A stretch of 64,000 bases of DNA from Octopus sinensis (Eukaryota). Location: NCBI RefSeq assembly GCF_006345805.1, contig NC_043015.1:53320001-53384000 (forward strand), in the 5' to 3' direction. Of the stretch, positions 57,830-64,000 are shown one piece after another. Below the pieces are notes generated by a model. That model was not told where the DNA came from and did not search any database. It was given only the letters and a program-made list of their open reading frames with translations. The stretch's first letter is position 1, and the number at the start of each line of letters is the position of its first letter. A program made the position numbers and the translations under genes.

Positions 57830-58409
57830 AAGTTCGTATATATTCGTCGGTATCAGCGCCAAGCAGTGTTAAGGCATGAGCGAAATTTAGGTTAGCTAAA
57901 ATAAGTTTGTTATATGTTTCTGCTTTTAAAGGCAAATACACTGCAATTTCCACGGTGAAAAGAATACTCTTTATTGGCATAAAGGTATAAAGATACCACA
58001 TCTGTCTAGTGCTGCCCCCCGTCGGATTCCCATACGTGTTTCTGGCTCTTTAGTCGTTATCAATGGGAAATATACTAAGGAGAGTTAACTCTGGACAGAC
58101 TTTTGACTAAAGCACAGTCAACAACATTAACTGGTTTGTGCCATTATATGCAATACACGCTTTTGTGTTTTATTATGTACCTAATTGGTCTGCTGAAAAT
58201 TTATCCTGTCAAATACTGTTCCTTGGTGTAAAGAAAAGGTTAGGGCCTGATGGTCTCATAACAAAGGCTTTCTTTAAAAGCGACAGTGAAAATTTCCATG
58301 TTTAGCCTAAAAATACTTTTTCCTTAGTTTTTAAATACACGATCAAAAATATTATATAGACCTGTGCTGTATCTTGGAACGACCATTTTGCTTTTAAATA
58401 TAAAAAATG

Positions 58410-58434
58410 TTCTTCTTCTTCTTCTTCTTCTTCT

Positions 58435-58471
<37 letters not shown>

Positions 58472-58486
58472 TCCACCTCCACCACA

Positions 58487-58536
<50 letters not shown>

Positions 58537-58553
58537 CACCACCACCACCACCA

Positions 58554-58586
<33 letters not shown>

Positions 58587-58587
58587 T

Positions 58588-58649
<62 letters not shown>

Positions 58650-58650
58650 T
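58410..58650. repeat. (CTT)n/(CTA)n/(CCA)n microsatellite
   Basis: Direct reading. Confidence 0.95.
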
Positions 58651-59386
58651 TGCCGGCAGTCGGTGACATAGCACCGGAATGTCCCGGAACCTAGCCGGTA
58701 GGAGTTGTGCCACCGGCTGGGGAAGAGACACTGTTGGGGGAATTGTGCCGCCAACGGTAGAATTGACTACTTCGAACCCGGAGGAAGAGGAACTATTGGT
58801 CTTCTACAGAAGCGGAGAGGTAGAAGAGGTGGTGGAAAAGTACCATAAGGGAGTACCTTTAACCTTCACACAGGATCCTGAATGGCCTCCGCATAAAGCT
58901 GTGGAGGTCATAACGTTGTCTGTGAGGTATAGACTGCAGGGACTCAATGACAAATACCGGTTGTGGCCGGGCGACGCTGGCTTGGATCCTGCCTTGGTCT
59001 TGAATGAGGCGTGGGGAATGATGGAATATACGGGCACAAGCGATGTTGATAGGAATAGTGACAAGATGTTGAAAAGCCTCAGTGTTATAATGTTTATTGT
59101 ATGTTTAATATTTATTGCATGTTATTGTGTTTAAGAGGCTTAACGCCCCAATTCTTATATGGACTATTAGTCCAAAGATTGTAAAACTGAAGAGGTTCAT
59201 TACTACCTTTTGTCTTTTTCTGTGAAAAAAAAACGAAGAGAATAATGTTTTAGCGAAGCAAAATATCGGCGGGCGTTTTTTGTCTTCTTCCATTAATATC
59301 ATCTTTTTTATCATTCAAATCATCAATGTCTTTGTCCAGCCCGCAAACTACACTTTATCATGCCTTTATGGCAAAATTTTGAAATA

Positions 59387-59913
<527 letters not shown>

Positions 59914-60972
59914 ACCGCAATGGAAGTAAGAGAGACAATTAATTTCTGAAAGTTACTTCACAAAGAGTTACCACCCTTCTTTACGTAATCCAGGCACAAA
60001 TGTTTTCTGCCCCCAGGGGGCCCTTTACTTATGTGAAGAATTTTAAGAGTCTACAACCATCGCTGGAGCATAAGTAATGTATGTTCCCAGGTTGGAGAAG
60101 ATCAGTTGAAAAATACGGCCATTATAATATTTTACACACATAGACAAGCAGAACGGGGTGGCGTCATTTGATGGCTAAAACAATGCGAGGTGCATTGTGA
60201 CCAGCGATGTGTAGCAACATCTGATAGCCTGGTTGGTCACAGTGATATATATATAAACATACATACATGCATACATACATATGTATGTATATTAGTTTTC
60301 CTTTAACATCGAAGCCATATAATGTATGTAGATGTATATACTTATGTATAAACTATTTAAATATATTTACTTTAATTCATCGGACCCCATGGTATACCTG
60401 CTATTAATTTCTTTCTACGAAATACAGTTCTGACTCAGGTTTAAATGTTGTCTACACATTTGAGTCAGCTGAATATATATGCAGCAAAATATATGCAGAT
60501 ATGCAACAAAATATATGTAAATATGAAGCGAAAGATATGCAGATATGCAGCGAAAGATATGCAGATATGCAACGGAACATACTCTACAGAATATCAATAT
60601 TTAACAGTATAGCTGTGATGCACTTTAATAAATGCATATAAAGTTCCTATACAGTGTCAAGATGCCAAATTGCCATGGAAATGTACATGATATGATTGTG
60701 AATATAATAAATTGCTTTAGCTAGCAATAACATCAGCAGCAGCAGCAATACTGGTTGTAGTAATGGAGGTAGTAGTAGTAGTAACAGTAGTAGTGGTAGT
60801 AGTAGTATTAGTAGTAGTAGTAGTAGTAGTAGTAGTAGACATGACTGGGTGATAAGCCATATTGTCTTTCTGTGGAACAATAGACAATAATTAATATTAA
60901 AAATCTGCGACTTGGATATTATAAACCGGATCTCCCTCTCTCTCTCTCTTGATACCCCTTTCCCTCTCACAG

Positions 60973-61009
<37 letters not shown>

Positions 61010-61305
61010 GCACACACGCACACATCAGACACACACACACACACACACACACCACACACACACACACAATGCACACACGCACACATCAAACACACACACA
61101 CACATACACACACTCTCTCTCTCTCGTTCTCTACCATTTGATCTCTATTTTTCTTTCTCTGCCTGTGCTTCCTTCTTTAGGTCGGTCTTTCTGTCTAAAT
61201 TTCTTGCTCTTTATCTATCTATCTATCTATCTAACTAAATATCCATCTGGTTTCTTAACTAGGTAATTATGTGTACATACACATATATGTACATATGTAT
61301 GTGCC

Positions 61306-61339
<34 letters not shown>

Positions 61340-61639
61340 ATATATACAAAAACATACAAATATATATACACATATAGTTATATATGTATATATATATATA
61401 TATATATATAAATACAAAAACATACAAATATACATACATGAAAATATATATAAATATATACCTTCATAATGTGTGTGTATATATATATATGTGTGTCAGT
61501 GTGTGTATATAGATATAGATATTACATACACACCACACAGACAGACCAACACACACGCATATATATTTATATATGTATGCATACATACATACGTACACAT
61601 ATATATGAGAGCATGAGAGTCTCCCAAAATATTTCTTGT

Positions 61640-61865
61640 CTTGCCAGAGCCACGGCAATTTTGGAACGTTTGCGTCTCGCAACCGCCTGACAACCCATGT
61701 TGGTGTGTTTACGTTCCCGTAACGTAGTAGCATGGCAAAAGTGAGGGATAGACAGGTACCGGGCTTAAAACGCTAAGTACTGGGCTCGATTCATTCCCCA
61801 AAAAGAATCTTGAAGGCGGTGCACCATTTGATTGCAGTCTAATGAATGAAACATTGTAAAAGATA
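61640..61865 (+). mobile_element. SINE family B, diverged 3' half
   Basis: GGTGTGTTTACGTTCCCGTAAC...GGCGGTGCACCA...GAAAC. Confidence 0.6.
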
Positions 61866-62030
61866 ATAGACTTATGTATGTATGTATGTATGTATATATG
61901 TATGCATGCATGTACCTATGTATGTATGTATGTATATATGTATGTATGCATGCATATGTGTGTGTGCGTCTGATCGTCTGTCTATCTATCTATAATACAT
62001 ACGTACATATATGCATAATATATCTATCTA

Positions 62031-62110
<80 letters not shown>

Positions 62111-62114
<4 letters not shown>

Positions 62115-62370
62115 TCGTTGCTATAATGTGAAGCTATTGTATGTCCAAATTTGGCCAAATGCGTCTTTTGCAATATTTATTTTTGCTTGAAATAGCTGGT
62201 TCGTTTTGGTTAAACTATCGTATCTCCATCTGATTCAGATGCTAAGATATCAAAAATTCTCAACGTGTAGTACAAGGGTTTTGCTATGGAATGGTTAAAC
62301 TATTTTTGCGTTTTCTGAACAAGCGACGTTTTCGAATTACGACGCTTTTGCATAATAGCAACGATATATA
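62111..62370. mobile_element. MITE-like element in (TA)n
   Basis: Terminal inverted repeat TATATCGTTGCTAT / ATAGCAACGATATA. Confidence 0.5.
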
Positions 62371-62395
62371 GATTCGTCCATACATACATCTCTCT

Positions 62396-62477
<82 letters not shown>

Positions 62478-62989
62478 GATGTATATATATATTTAAATTT
62501 ATGTCTATGTATATATCTATATATATATATATGCGTGCATGTATGCCTGTGTATATGTGTATATGTTATCGCTTTGTGGTATTCTTTTTACACAAAGAGA
62601 GAAATAAAGACAGCGATGGCTGTGATGTGTGATTTTTAATAAGAAATAACAAACAGCAACTTTACATCTAGAAAAATGTAAATACAAGCATTGTGAATGA
62701 AAGCATAGAATTAAATGGACCGAAAACCACATCAAGTATAACGTTGTGACTGGTGATGCAAGCTAACAGTTGTTTTATGCAGAAAACAAGATTTTTAGAC
62801 ATTAGAATTGCATAGCATAGGCCCAGGTATTGCTGTGTGGTTAACAACCTTGCTCTGCAACAACTTAGTTCCCGGTTCAATCCTGCCTTATGACAACTTA
62901 GGTATATATCTGCCACCATTGCTCCCAGGTCGACCAACACCAACTATGTGATATTTGGTAACCAGAAATTACGTTGAACTGTACCGTAC

Positions 62990-63076
<87 letters not shown>

Positions 63077-63206
63077 CTTGAACGAAATAAATGATGAGAA
63101 TGAAAATTTATTTGTATGTTAAAAAATGTTGAAAAATTTCTCTTAAAAACATTACAGCACAAATAAATTGATTATAAGTTGTGAAGCTCAAAAAGAATTA
63201 AGAAAA

Positions 63207-63310
63207 AAACCTACATATGTTTCTGTGCTATTTCCTAGTTAGTTATAAATTCTAATTATTTGGTTAAATTTTAAATTCTAACTATATGGGGTTGGACTTC
63301 TTCAGGGTTT
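63207..63310 (-). ncRNA. Type I hammerhead ribozyme in a solo island (~63075-63440) between microsatellites
   Basis: Minus strand reads AAACC-CTGAAGA-aGT...TAGTTA..TAACTA...ACa-GAAACATATGTA-GGTTT; palindromic stem III; GUA triplet; stem II weak. Confidence 0.7.
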
Positions 63311-64000
63311 GTATGAGCTTGTAAGGCTTAGGTTATCATTTCTGATAGAAGTAACTTTGCATTATATGATAGAGATTAGCCCGTGGAATTTCTCGTATTA
63401 CATAATCCCTAATGAGGATATAACTCCCTCGCATTGTCTATATATATGTGTATGTGTGTGTATGTGCGCGCGCGCGTGCTTGCTGCTTTGTGTTTGTTTG
63501 TTCCATCATTTGATAATGAGTGTTATTTTGTTTACATCCTTTATCTAACAAACTATGTAAAAGATAAAATTTGGAAAGGTATCCTAACATTTATTGAATA
63601 ATTACGTCAGAGAAAAGGCGCCTGTAAGCCCGAACCCTATTATACGGCCTGTGACGGTTTTCTTAAAGGAAAACAAATAGATAGAGTGGGAAAAAGAGTC
63701 AGGATTTCGGTACTGCACTAAATTAATCATTAAAATCGACTGATGAGCTGTTTTTTGCGGTATGTGTCTTGTGGAAGTATGGCGTTAAAAACTCAATGAA
63801 TATTTGTGGGAGACGGAAGTTTGTCCCTGGCTAGCGTAAGTGCTAGATGTATTTCGAACGATGAACAATGCCGAGTTAGAATAAATGCAAAGGAGTCGGT
63901 TGTTCTAGAGGGCCTGAAGGGTAAATCGGTGCTTTTATTGTGGATGGGAAAATAATTTTGAATTTCAACATTAAGTACACTCTATGTATTTCTGCGTTGC

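Noticed and set aside
63735-63800. CTGATGAG motif
   Set aside because: No downstream GAAA/NUH in a compatible arrangement.

Overview
Eukaryotic, AT-rich, repeat-saturated genomic DNA. It is most likely intronic or intergenic sequence of an octopus/coleoid cephalopod, inferred from the SINE families and the extreme (TA)n/(AAT)n/(CA)n microsatellite density. Almost all ORFs in the track are microsatellite artefacts, and no intact host gene is recognisable; there is one candidate fibrinogen-domain exon. Recognisable elements: a ~3.1 kb frameshifted R4/Dong-type RLE LINE plus 3' fragments sitting in (AAT)n; a decayed mariner; a Penelope-like remnant (RT thumb + GIY-YIG); RTE LINE remnants; three tRNA-SINE families; and MITEs. 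The main discovery is a set of non-coding, highly structured repeats embedded in (TA)n tracts that carry type I hammerhead ribozymes (HHRs). There are 11 canonical-core copies at 6 loci, plus variant cores. Three loci form one diverged ~470-495 nt family arranged as tandem plus inverted arrays with covarying stems, i.e. retrozyme or Penelope-pLTR-like ribozyme retroelements.
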